In this document: piece after piece, positions 7,773 through 17,024 of the stretch
How positions within the stretch are numbered: position 1 is the stretch's first letter
Layout: the number at the start of each line of letters is the position of its first letter
Source: Chlamydiota bacterium
Lineage (GTDB): Bacteria > Chlamydiota > Chlamydiia > Chlamydiales > JAAZZY01
Length of the DNA stretch: 64,000 nt
Assembly: GCA_022601345.1 (NCBI GenBank)
Contig: JAJACU010000010.1
Location: 21,758 to 85,757, forward strand
Direction: 5' to 3'
Notes under the pieces: generated by a model
Seen by the model: the letters and a program-made list of their open reading frames with translations, nothing else
The model's database searches: none
Told to the model about the DNA's origin: nothing
Position numbers and translations under genes: made by a program

Positions 7773-9269
7773 ATGAAATATATTAAACCCGTTCTCCTTA
7801 CCCTTTTTGTTTTAACCCTAACTTTATGTGGTTATATTTACTATAAATTTGATGCAAAATACGCTTCAAACCAAGCCTATATTGCCTTTAAAGATAATGA
7901 TCTTGAAAAATCTAGCTCTCACATTGCAGCTCTCAACAAGAAAAGCAACCCAACCTATTACCTTTATCAAGGGTATGTAGATCTTGAACAAAAAAAATAC
8001 CATGAAGCTCAAACATCTTTTAAAAAAGCTAAGCTCCTTACAAAAAACAACGATCTCAAGCCTGAAATTTCAGGAGCCCTTTTCCTTTCGGCCTTTCTTT
8101 TAAATGACTTTCAATCTCTTGAAAACTTTCTCAACCAAGATAAGTCCAACTCTTCAGTTAGACAACTGTTTGAAGGTATTTTGCAATACCACAAATCAGA
8201 CTTTGAAAACTCTAAGAAATCTTTACAAAATCTCAGCAATCCCTTGTCTGAAAGCAAATGGCTTCAAACAGAATTAGAGCGCCATATTAACACTGAGAAA
8301 CTGACATACTATCTTAGCCACAGCATGATTGAAAGTGGTCAAGCACACAAAGCAAGACAACACTTAGAATCCTTTATTGAGTCAACCCATTCAAAAGAGC
8401 CCTCTCTTTACTACCTAATTGGGCTAAGTTTTTTAAAAGAGGCAGAAAACAAGCCCCTTTCAAACACTATTCCCTACTATCAAACCGCCTTTCAATATTT
8501 CAGACAAATTCCATTTTCTCAAACAACTTACTTCGAATACAAAGCCAATGTTGTCTCTTACTATGAAAAACTAATCGGTTCCATTCTTGAAGAATCTATT
8601 TATCAAGAGCTGGGTTGTTTTTTAGATATATTAGGGTATTTTGATGCCAAAGTTAGCAACATCGCCGATTTATTTCTTACCCACATAAAAAAAGAAGTAG
8701 GCCTAGAAAACAAAGCTAAACTGTTTGAGCTCTCTTGCCAAACTTTGGCATACTGCCATAACAGTTCTTTTAAAGAGAAACTCTCGGCTTCTTTTTATTT
8801 CTACATCCAAAATTTAGTTAGAGAGCGCCAAATAGACTCTGCAAAAAAAGCATGGCCCATTTACAGTCAAATTTCTGCTCAGCCAGAAGAAGATCAAATC
8901 GCGCTATCTCAATCCGTATACGAAGAATTAGAAAAAGAACTTGATGTAGATGAGTTCAATCTTGAAAAATCACAAGAGCTGCTTGAAATGCTTGGAGCCT
9001 TCAACCTTTCTTACAAACAAAAATTCGAACTTTTAGAAGCATTAAGCCCAAAAATTGAACAAATGTGGATCAGCTCGGGTCAAAAAGCTTGGCTTTTTTC
9101 AAAATCTTTGGATGAACTAATTTTTTCAGATAACTCTGTTGATTTTCACAAAAAAATGAACTCTCTATTAGAACAGTTTCAAAGTGAAGTTGATCTAAAA
9201 GAGTACTCTTTTAAAAATCCTTTAAAAGAAGCAAACCAATACTTTCAATGCGTAGAAAACAAAGAATAA
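7773..9269 (+). CDS. Membrane-anchored TPR-like protein
   Basis: N-terminal TM helix; TPR-like helices (YYLYQGYVDLEQKKYHEAQTSFKKA, LYYLIGLSFL). Confidence 0.7.
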   Translation: MKYIKPVLLTLFVLTLTLCGYIYYKFDAKYASNQAYIAFKDNDLEKSSSHIAALNKKSNPTYYLYQGYVDLEQKKYHEAQTSFKKAKLLTKNNDLKPEISGALFLSAFLLNDFQSLENFLNQDKSNSSVRQLFEGILQYHKSDFENSKKSLQNLSNPLSESKWLQTELERHINTEKLTYYLSHSMIESGQAHKARQHLESFIESTHSKEPSLYYLIGLSFLKEAENKPLSNTIPYYQTAFQYFRQIPFSQTTYFEYKANVVSYYEKLIGSILEESIYQELGCFLDILGYFDAKVSNIADLFLTHIKKEVGLENKAKLFELSCQTLAYCHNSSFKEKLSASFYFYIQNLVRERQIDSAKKAWPIYSQISAQPEEDQIALSQSVYEELEKELDVDEFNLEKSQELLEMLGAFNLSYKQKFELLEALSPKIEQMWISSGQKAWLFSKSLDELIFSDNSVDFHKKMNSLLEQFQSEVDLKEYSFKNPLKEANQYFQCVENKE

Positions 9270-9272
9270 ATC

Positions 9273-10313
9273 ATGACTACACTTTTTGAAACTCAGTCCA
9301 ACACATGCAATGTTAACCAAGAAACTTCTATTTTAGGAGGGTTTCTACCTCAAATGCGCCACATATTAAAGCAGTACACTGTCTTTAATATAACATTTCT
9401 CTCTTTAGGTATTGTTGAAATTTTATGTTGCCTAATCTTTTTCAATTTGATGACTCATTCTCATCTAATAGCTATTACAATAGCCGTCTTTTTAATGACT
9501 CTTTTTAGCTATTTTACTCTTAAAATCTACTTCCAACATAAAAAACCACAAAGCTTGTTAAGCCTCTGCCGCAACTCTTTAAACAATCTCCAAAAAAAAA
9601 CAGAGCAAATGAGCAACCCAACAGAGAAGTCTCTTTTTATAGCCTCATCACTAACACGTCTTGCAAACGCTCTAAAAGATTGCGAATATTCATTTTATCA
9701 ACCTCCAAAGAGCTTAGAGAGTCTTCGTTTAAGCTTTGAAAAAGTGGGTTGTTGGCTCCATTGGAAAGATTTGCATCTGGTCAAAGAATGGCTTTATCTT
9801 CAAACAGTAGAAATTTATATCAACCTGATTAAAGAAGAACCCGATCACTTGCAGTTTCATATGGCCCTAGCAAACACATATGTGATGTTTTCAGGAATCT
9901 ACTCTCTTCCAAAAAATGAAGAAATTTCAGAAGTTGCTCGTTGGATCCCATCAGAAAAACAAACCGAAAAAATTAAAGCTAAATTTACTCAATGTGCAAA
10001 GAGAGCTATTGAAGAATTTAAAATTTTAAACGATTACAATCCTGAAGATCCTTGGGTTTACACACAGCTTGCCTACAGCTACCATGACCTTCAGATGCCT
10101 CAAGAAGAAATCAAGGCCTATGAAAAGATTATAGAGCTAGCTCCTGAGGATTATGATTCATATTACAAGTTAGGAACTCTTTACTTCCAGCAAGGGCAAA
10201 TAGCCAAAGGTTTGAAGATTTATGAGCAGCTCAAATACAACCACTCACATAAAGCTACAAACCTTATCAAACACTATGGCTCTTTTACTGAATTGTTTTC
10301 TCTAATTGAATAA
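9273..10313 (+). CDS. TPR-repeat membrane protein
   Basis: Two N-terminal TM helices; clear C-terminal TPRs (PWVYTQLAYSYHDLQMPQEEIKAYEKIIELAPED, YYKLGTLYFQQGQIAKGLKIYEQL). Confidence 0.85.
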   Translation: MTTLFETQSNTCNVNQETSILGGFLPQMRHILKQYTVFNITFLSLGIVEILCCLIFFNLMTHSHLIAITIAVFLMTLFSYFTLKIYFQHKKPQSLLSLCRNSLNNLQKKTEQMSNPTEKSLFIASSLTRLANALKDCEYSFYQPPKSLESLRLSFEKVGCWLHWKDLHLVKEWLYLQTVEIYINLIKEEPDHLQFHMALANTYVMFSGIYSLPKNEEISEVARWIPSEKQTEKIKAKFTQCAKRAIEEFKILNDYNPEDPWVYTQLAYSYHDLQMPQEEIKAYEKIIELAPEDYDSYYKLGTLYFQQGQIAKGLKIYEQLKYNHSHKATNLIKHYGSFTELFSLIE

Positions 10314-10575
10314 AAGAAAACCTTCCAATCCATGGTTTCTACAAAAAGTAGAGATTCCATTCCACCACTGATAAGAATGTTCAAAGGCTACACCAAAAAA
10401 TAACACCCTAATAACAGCAAAGCTGTTTAAAAATACTTTAAGAATCTCCCTGCATCTACATTTCTTCTCATAAAAAGACTATTTAATGCACACAAGCCTG
10501 CAGCTGCAAAAGCAAGCGTTCAAGCCATTGCCAGATCTCCAGTAATTTGGTTTCGTTTAAATATAGAAAATAAAT
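10311..10575 (-). pseudogene. Collapsed remnant of the EamA/DMT gene at 12635..13555
   Basis: Three blocks match the intact gene's 3' end (~12635-12675), middle (~13181-13275) and 5' end plus upstream DNA (~13471-13600). Large internal deletions; reads ATG GCT TGA from 10528. Confidence 0.85.
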
Positions 10576-10614
10576 TAAAGTTTACTCATTAATCAAAGGG
10601 TGAGAAATATATGA

Positions 10615-10643
10615 TTGACAAAATAATCCTAGAGCCTTAACAT
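10615..10643 (+). promoter_or_regulatory. Sigma70/66 promoter TTGACA-N17-TAACAT
   Basis: Located 35 bp upstream of the ankyrin gene ATG. Confidence 0.65.
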
Positions 10644-10678
10644 TAAGCCAATTAACCTAAAACATCTACCTGTTTTCA

Positions 10679-12634
10679 ATGAATTACGTTGCTCTACCAC
10701 ACCCTCCACTCTCCCAGTCTTATGGACTCTTTCCACAAGCAGGAGCTTCAATACAAGCTCCTTTATTCTTGGGAGAGTTGAAAATTCCTAATTTACAAAG
10801 TCTTTTTTCTAGAGTTATTGCACAAGTCACAAGCGCTACTCAAACATTAGAACTCTACTCAAAACCCCCTGAATGGACTAACCTAGATAAACAAGCTTGC
10901 GCAATTCAAAAAAATGAAGCTCATCATGAGATGCATTCATTTATCACTGGAAGATATACTCTCAATGAAGTTTGGAGAATTGATCGAAAAACTCCAAGAA
11001 TTCCAATCAAACAATTTGCGGTAAAAACAAATAAAGAATCATCTCCATCTTCCCCTACTGTTCCTAAGAAAATCGTAGAACCAGATCTTTTAGCTGACCC
11101 GGGTCATTACGAAAAAAAAATAAACGCTGGAGAGATGACTTGTTTAGATCTTGCTCAAAAAATGGAAAGTACAAAGTTCTTTACATGTTGTCCAAACCCA
11201 GAAACAGTTCCTCCCCTCCAAACATTAGCACTCTTTACAACGATCCTTCGTCTTACAATGGCATATCTAAAAAAGCATGAGGGTGAATTAGACCAAGAAA
11301 ACATTAATGCCATATTTAAAATAGTAAGGCGTGCAATACATCTAAATTGCTCCAACGTGTTCAATCAGTTTATTCAACTAATTCCTAATACGGCTAAGGA
11401 TAAGGAATCTGAGGGAGACAACCTAGCTCACTTAGCTACAAGGACTGGAAAATTAGAAGCATTAAAATGGGTTCACGAAAACTACCCTGATCTAATGGCT
11501 GCCTGCAATAATATAAGAGAAAATATTGCTCACCTAGCTACATGGAGTCGCCAATTAGAAGTATTAAAATGGATTTGTGAAAACTACCCTCATCTAATGA
11601 CTGACTGCAATTATAAAGGAGAAAACATTGCATTTTATGCTGCAATAAACGGCCACTATAAAATATTAGAATGGATTCAAGAAAACTGCCCCTATCTATA
11701 TCTAATGATTGTCAACAATTATAAAGGAGAAAACATTGCTCACATAGCTTCAAGGGCTGGCAAATTAGAAGTATTAAAATGGATTTGTGAAAACAAGGCT
11801 GAGCTCATAACTGCAACAGATTGGTTTGGCAATAACATTGCTCATTTTGCAATACAAAATGATGACCGACAAATGCTGCAATGGATTCACAAAAACTACC
11901 CTCATCTAATGATTGTCAACAATTATAAAGGAGAAAACATTGCTCGCCTAGCTACAATGACTGGCAAATTAAAAGTATTAAAATGGATTCACAAAAACTA
12001 CCCTCATCTAATGATTGTCAACAATTATAAAGGAGAAAACATTGCTCACCTAGCTACAATGACTGGCAAATTAAAAGTATTAAAATGGATTCACGAAAAC
12101 TACCCTGATCTAATGACTCATGCAGATAGTCTTGGCAATAACATTGCTCATTTTGCAATACGAAGTGGGGACCGACAAATGCTGCAATGGATTCAAGAAA
12201 ACTACCCTGATCTAATGACTCATGCAGATAGTCTTGGCAATAACATTGCTCACCTAGCTACATGGAGTCGCCAATTAGAAGTATTAAAATGGGTTCACGA
12301 AAACTACCCTCATCTAATGACTGCCCAAAATCGTCAGGGAGGAAACATTGCTCACCTAGCTACATGGAGTCGCCAATTAGAAGTATTAAAATGGATTCAC
12401 GAAAACTACCCTGATCTAATGACTGAAGGAAAAAGCATTGTTCATCTTGCAATACAAAATGATGACCTACAAATGCTGCAATGGATTCATGAAAACTGTC
12501 CTCAACTCATGAACGTTAGAAAAGAAGGAAGAACTTTTGTTAATTTTGCTACACACTTTAGGCAAAAAAAAGTACTCGAATGGCTCAAAAGCATAATTGT
12601 TGACGACTCTTTTTCTGATTCTTCCCCTAATTGA
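10679..12634 (+). CDS. Ankyrin-repeat protein, putative secreted effector
   Basis: About 12 repeats of 34 aa (G-x-N-I-A-H-L-A...LEVLKWIHENYPDLM) after a unique N-terminal ~240 aa. Confidence 0.9.
   Translation: MNYVALPHPPLSQSYGLFPQAGASIQAPLFLGELKIPNLQSLFSRVIAQVTSATQTLELYSKPPEWTNLDKQACAIQKNEAHHEMHSFITGRYTLNEVWRIDRKTPRIPIKQFAVKTNKESSPSSPTVPKKIVEPDLLADPGHYEKKINAGEMTCLDLAQKMESTKFFTCCPNPETVPPLQTLALFTTILRLTMAYLKKHEGELDQENINAIFKIVRRAIHLNCSNVFNQFIQLIPNTAKDKESEGDNLAHLATRTGKLEALKWVHENYPDLMAACNNIRENIAHLATWSRQLEVLKWICENYPHLMTDCNYKGENIAFYAAINGHYKILEWIQENCPYLYLMIVNNYKGENIAHIASRAGKLEVLKWICENKAELITATDWFGNNIAHFAIQNDDRQMLQWIHKNYPHLMIVNNYKGENIARLATMTGKLKVLKWIHKNYPHLMIVNNYKGENIAHLATMTGKLKVLKWIHENYPDLMTHADSLGNNIAHFAIRSGDRQMLQWIQENYPDLMTHADSLGNNIAHLATWSRQLEVLKWVHENYPHLMTAQNRQGGNIAHLATWSRQLEVLKWIHENYPDLMTEGKSIVHLAIQNDDLQMLQWIHENCPQLMNVRKEGRTFVNFATHFRQKKVLEWLKSIIVDDSFSDSSPN
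11405..12585 (+). repeat. Tandem 102-bp coding repeats (ankyrin units)
   Basis: For example, 11881-11982 and 11983-12084 are nearly identical. Confidence 0.9.
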
Positions 12635-13555
12635 CTAAAAGAAAACGTTCCAATCCATTGTTCCAACAAAAAGTCCAAATAAACAAAGTGCCATTGCTTT
12701 CCAATGAACATCTTCCTTGTACAAAACCTTGCCCCAAGCATTGCAGAGCATAATTAAGCTAACCGCAAAAAGAGGAAAAACCATTGCATTTTCCCATACC
12801 GTTGCAACTTGCGCTGCTTTAATTAAAAAGTATGTGCAAGCGCCATTACAGACTCCACCATAAAAACCATAAATAACTTCCTGCTTCTTGGGAAGTCTCG
12901 CTTCATCTCGTATGAATAAGTAAAGTAAAAATATAGTAGCTGCCACAAAAATCATTGGCATGAACCATTCGGACTGCGTTGCATCTAAGCGGAAAGGTAA
13001 AAGGCGACTACCTGGCATATTTGGATTGATGAGCATTGCTCTCCATTGCAAAATAACTAGAAAAAACACATGACACCAAAAAGCTACTGATGCAAAAGTT
13101 ACCCAAAGAGATCTATTTTGATAATTTTTTGTTGTTTCCCAAACAGCCCAAAAGAGTCCTCCTACAACCAGTAAAGATCCCATTCCATTCCACCACTGAT
13201 ATGAATGTCCAAAAGCAACTCCAAAAATTAACACCATAATAACAGCTGGAACAACTGCAGAACTATTTAAAAATGCAACCGTTAGCCCTGGAGGACCTTG
13301 CTCCATTGCGCGACCAAGAGCCCACATCATGATCCCCAATAAAATCCCAGCAACAACTCCGATCATCCCAATAGAGTAGCTCCATTCATAGTTACCCGAT
13401 TTAATAGGTCCAAGTAAAATAGCAACTAAGATTGAGAAGCCTTCAACAAAAACTAAAAATGCTTTAGTAGTCCCTCCTGCATCTACGCTTCTTCTCATAA
13501 AAAGGTTATTTAATGCGCACAAGATTGCAGCTGCAAAAGCAAGTATTAAAGCCAT
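12635..13555 (-). CDS. EamA/DMT-family transporter
   Basis: About 10 TM helices in two halves, 306 aa, motif ALGRAMEQGPPGLTVAF. Confidence 0.8.
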   Translation of the reverse strand: MALILAFAAAILCALNNLFMRRSVDAGGTTKAFLVFVEGFSILVAILLGPIKSGNYEWSYSIGMIGVVAGILLGIMMWALGRAMEQGPPGLTVAFLNSSAVVPAVIMVLIFGVAFGHSYQWWNGMGSLLVVGGLFWAVWETTKNYQNRSLWVTFASVAFWCHVFFLVILQWRAMLINPNMPGSRLLPFRLDATQSEWFMPMIFVAATIFLLYLFIRDEARLPKKQEVIYGFYGGVCNGACTYFLIKAAQVATVWENAMVFPLFAVSLIMLCNAWGKVLYKEDVHWKAMALCLFGLFVGTMDWNVFF

Positions 13556-13668
13556 AGCCAGGTCTCCAGTAATTTTGTTTTGTCTAAATATAGGGAATAT
13601 TAAAAAAATAAATCAAACCAAAGTTTAGTAATCAGTCTATAATAAGTGGTTAAAGTGCTCGGCATCCT

Positions 13669-14025
13669 TTAAGAACTAGAACAGTCCTTGAAAAACGACA
13701 TGAAATCCTTCCTCTCTTGGAAGTCATCTGGAAGAAGACGAACCCTTTCGTGAAGTTTTTCTAAGTCGTCCCTACAGAGAACCTCTTTTTTTTTGTTGAG
13801 TAAGCTCATTACAGCACCTGCAACACGATCCCGAGTAGAGTCTTCAATACTAGTATCGATTACTCGTCTAAGTAAGTCCAAACTCTCAAGCTCATATAGT
13901 ATAGGAGAATCATCAGGCTCCCCTGCAAACAAACGATCCTCACGTTGAGCACGTTCAAAAAAATCTGAGGGTGCAGCAGCCAAACTTTGGGCCGCTAGAC
14001 GATATCGCATACTTGAAGAATGCAT
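13669..14025 (-). CDS. Hypothetical protein, 118 aa
   Basis: ATG with AAGGT RBS; fills the intergenic space; no recognised motif. Confidence 0.65.
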   Translation of the reverse strand: MHSSSMRYRLAAQSLAAAPSDFFERAQREDRLFAGEPDDSPILYELESLDLLRRVIDTSIEDSTRDRVAGAVMSLLNKKKEVLCRDDLEKLHERVRLLPDDFQERKDFMSFFKDCSSS

Positions 14026-14288
14026 TTTTTACCTTATGAAAAAGCTTCAATAAAAATTAGTTTAAACAGAAAAGTCTTTTTTACAAAAAAAAACTAAATC
14101 TCATTAAGATAAAGATATAATGGTTTGTTACTGACTATGTATTATTCAAGGCTACAACCCCAATTTTAATGAAGTAAATTCATATATTTTGCCTTACTTC
14201 TACACAAGTGACGGAATGCACTTGCACTTATCCATTTTATTAAAGTATTTTGCTCTTTATGCTGAAGCAAACATGATGCATTTTGTTT

Positions 14289-17024
14289 ATGAGTTTTCTA
14301 AAATTAAAAAAATTCCCACTAATTGGAATATCTGCACTTATACTTTCTTGCAATGCATTCTCAGAGTCAGAGGAGACTCTAGCAATTAGAAGAATTGCTA
14401 CTTGCTACCATGAAAAAGACTTTGAGCTATCTGGGAAATTAATAGACCACTTCTTTGAAACATACCCCTCGTCTTGCCACCTTGAAAATTTATATCTACT
14501 GCAAGCCGACAACTACCTGCAAAAAAAAGAGTGGAAAAAAGCTCTTACAGCCTACCAACTCATCCAGAGCCCTCTTTTGAGAGACGAGTCGTTTATACAA
14601 CGGCTTCATTGCCACTACTCACTAAGGAATTTTCAAGCATTAAAAAAAGAAATTGAACCGCGCTTCAATGATTTAAGCAACTTATCAACTAGTGATCAAA
14701 ATATTGTAACCTTCTACTTTGCTGAATCTCTATTTAAAGACGATCTCAAGTCACTAAATTCAAAAGATCTTACGCGCATTCTTAAGCTTTATAACACACT
14801 TTTAAATACTTCTTTTGAAGCTTATGCAAAAGTAAGCATGGCCCATATCTACGCTCTTCAAAACAAACATAATGAAGCATCTGATCTCTTTTCACAGTCT
14901 GCAAAGGCTTTCCCTGATCAGAAAGAAAGGCTCTTATTTGCTGCTGCATCTCACCAGTCTCACTTTGATCCTAACCTTGCCACTGAAACTTTTAACCACA
15001 TTAAAGAACTTAATGCCCACACTCACCAAGAAGCTTTTTATAATTGGATGGTGCTTCTTTATCACAGTGATAATTTTGAAAAAATAATTGAGTCTAGAGA
15101 TGAACTCTTATCTCAAATCCCTGACTCTAAGATCTCCAGTACACACCTTATTTTAGGTAAAACTTTTTTCAAACAAAAGCAATATATTGCAGCTCTCAAT
15201 CATTTTGACAAATGCTTAGACGGGCATAATCCAAAAATGTTGCTTCAAGAAGTTTCTCTATTAGGTCTTCTAGCAAGCTACCAACTTAATGATTTGTATA
15301 AACTCAATTCTTATTTATCTATTTTGGAAAAGAAGTTTAGATCTTCAAAGGAATATTCAGAGGGCTTATTTTGGAAAGCAAAGTATTTTCAAAATAATAA
15401 AGAGTTCTCAAAAGCGCTGCACACCTACCACAAAGTTATCAAAACAAAATCAGAAAAATTGCTGCCTTCTTCGTCCTATCAAATAGCTTTGATCTATTAC
15501 CAACAAGACCAGTTTCAAAAAGCCCAAAGTTCATTTACAAAGCTTTTGAAAAATTTTCCAGATAGCGCCTACTCCAAACCTAGCATCTCCTACTTACTGC
15601 AGTCTTGCTTTAAGTTGCTTCACCAAAAAGAGAGTCCAAAAGTCAAACAACAACTCATTGATGCTCACCTAGCAGCATTAAACATGAAAGGATATTTTGA
15701 AAAAGATCAAGTTCCACAAGTTCATTTAAGTATTGCCAAACTATATCTCGATTTAGGCAGGCAAAAAGAATTTGAAGAGACTTTGACTACTTTTCTAAGC
15801 TTATTCCCCAAAAATGATAAAACCTATCAGGCTCACCTATTACTTGCCTATTCATCTAAGAAAAAGCAAGATGGCTTAGATAATTATTTGCAACACTTAG
15901 AGGATGCAGCTTTTGCAGCTCCTCCTTTAGAAGTTCTAAGCCCTATCTATGCCGATCTTTTTTATGGCTACTTACAAAGTGCTAAACGCATTAAATCTAT
16001 GGAGATTGTTTTTGAAAAAGTAAGTGATTGCGTCATTGAGCTCATTAACTTTGGTTATGATTTTCCAAAAAGCCTTTACCTGTGGTTTAGCCAATCATTT
16101 TTTCAAGAACTTGAGAAAAAAATTAAAGATAGCCGGGAGTTTGAAAATGCAGATTTGCTAGAGAAAGCTAGTAAAATCTTAACTTATTATATTCAAAAGT
16201 TCCCTGAAATTGAATCTGCTCATGATCAAAATATACGCTTTAATTATGCACGTGTTTTAGGCTGGCAAAGATTGTTTAAACAACAGCTCAAGAGTCTTCA
16301 GTCACTTAATAAGCAACTGAACCCCGACAGCTCCCTATATTTCAAGTCCCTTTTTGAAGAAGCTCTATGCCATCAAATATTAGATCAAAAAGACACTGCA
16401 ATTGATATTTATGAAAAAATAATCTCGAAACAAAGCTTATTTATTCAAGATGTTTCACTCAAAGCTAAGTTGAACCTGGCTCGTCTTCTAACAGTAGAGT
16501 ACCTTTCAAACAAAAACAGCACTCTACTGAATAAAATTAACGAACTCTATGAAGATCTACATGTAGCAAGATCTTTTAAAAACGAACCTCTGCATCTAGA
16601 GGCTGCACTAGATTCAAGCTTATTAAACCATTTAGATTTCCTACAAAAAAAGGATTACTCATCCTATTTAAAAGCTCTAATAAAAATTAAAGACGACTTT
16701 TCAAATAAAGACACACTACTAACTCAAGAATATCATGAAATAAGGCTTAAATCTCCTGAAGAAAATAGCTTTTATGAATCATATATGATGTTTCTTGATG
16801 CACGAATTTTAAACCTTCAAGCAAAGCTCCAGACAAACGAAAACGACTCCATGAAAAAAGAGAAAATGGCTCTAGCACAAAAAATTCTTTCGCGCCTTCA
16901 AAAAGAAAATACAACTCCATACCTCTCTAAAATAATACAAATTGAAACGCAATCCTATAAGAAAGATGTTTTTACCGACGACTTTTTTTGTGATTTTACT
17001 AAAGGGTTGAACAATGAACTATAA
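14289..17024 (+). CDS. Large exported TPR protein
   Basis: Signal peptide; many YbgF/BamD-like TPR units (FTKLLKNFPDSAYSKPSISYL). Confidence 0.85.
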   Translation: MSFLKLKKFPLIGISALILSCNAFSESEETLAIRRIATCYHEKDFELSGKLIDHFFETYPSSCHLENLYLLQADNYLQKKEWKKALTAYQLIQSPLLRDESFIQRLHCHYSLRNFQALKKEIEPRFNDLSNLSTSDQNIVTFYFAESLFKDDLKSLNSKDLTRILKLYNTLLNTSFEAYAKVSMAHIYALQNKHNEASDLFSQSAKAFPDQKERLLFAAASHQSHFDPNLATETFNHIKELNAHTHQEAFYNWMVLLYHSDNFEKIIESRDELLSQIPDSKISSTHLILGKTFFKQKQYIAALNHFDKCLDGHNPKMLLQEVSLLGLLASYQLNDLYKLNSYLSILEKKFRSSKEYSEGLFWKAKYFQNNKEFSKALHTYHKVIKTKSEKLLPSSSYQIALIYYQQDQFQKAQSSFTKLLKNFPDSAYSKPSISYLLQSCFKLLHQKESPKVKQQLIDAHLAALNMKGYFEKDQVPQVHLSIAKLYLDLGRQKEFEETLTTFLSLFPKNDKTYQAHLLLAYSSKKKQDGLDNYLQHLEDAAFAAPPLEVLSPIYADLFYGYLQSAKRIKSMEIVFEKVSDCVIELINFGYDFPKSLYLWFSQSFFQELEKKIKDSREFENADLLEKASKILTYYIQKFPEIESAHDQNIRFNYARVLGWQRLFKQQLKSLQSLNKQLNPDSSLYFKSLFEEALCHQILDQKDTAIDIYEKIISKQSLFIQDVSLKAKLNLARLLTVEYLSNKNSTLLNKINELYEDLHVARSFKNEPLHLEAALDSSLLNHLDFLQKKDYSSYLKALIKIKDDFSNKDTLLTQEYHEIRLKSPEENSFYESYMMFLDARILNLQAKLQTNENDSMKKEKMALAQKILSRLQKENTTPYLSKIIQIETQSYKKDVFTDDFFCDFTKGLNNEL

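Noticed and set aside
11405-12585. Regular repeats as a CRISPR array
   Set aside because: In-frame 102-bp coding units with no unique spacers and no cas genes.
12635-13555. EamA gene as the chlamydial SAM transporter (CT580)
   Set aside because: Family fits, but I cannot support orthology or substrate from the sequence.
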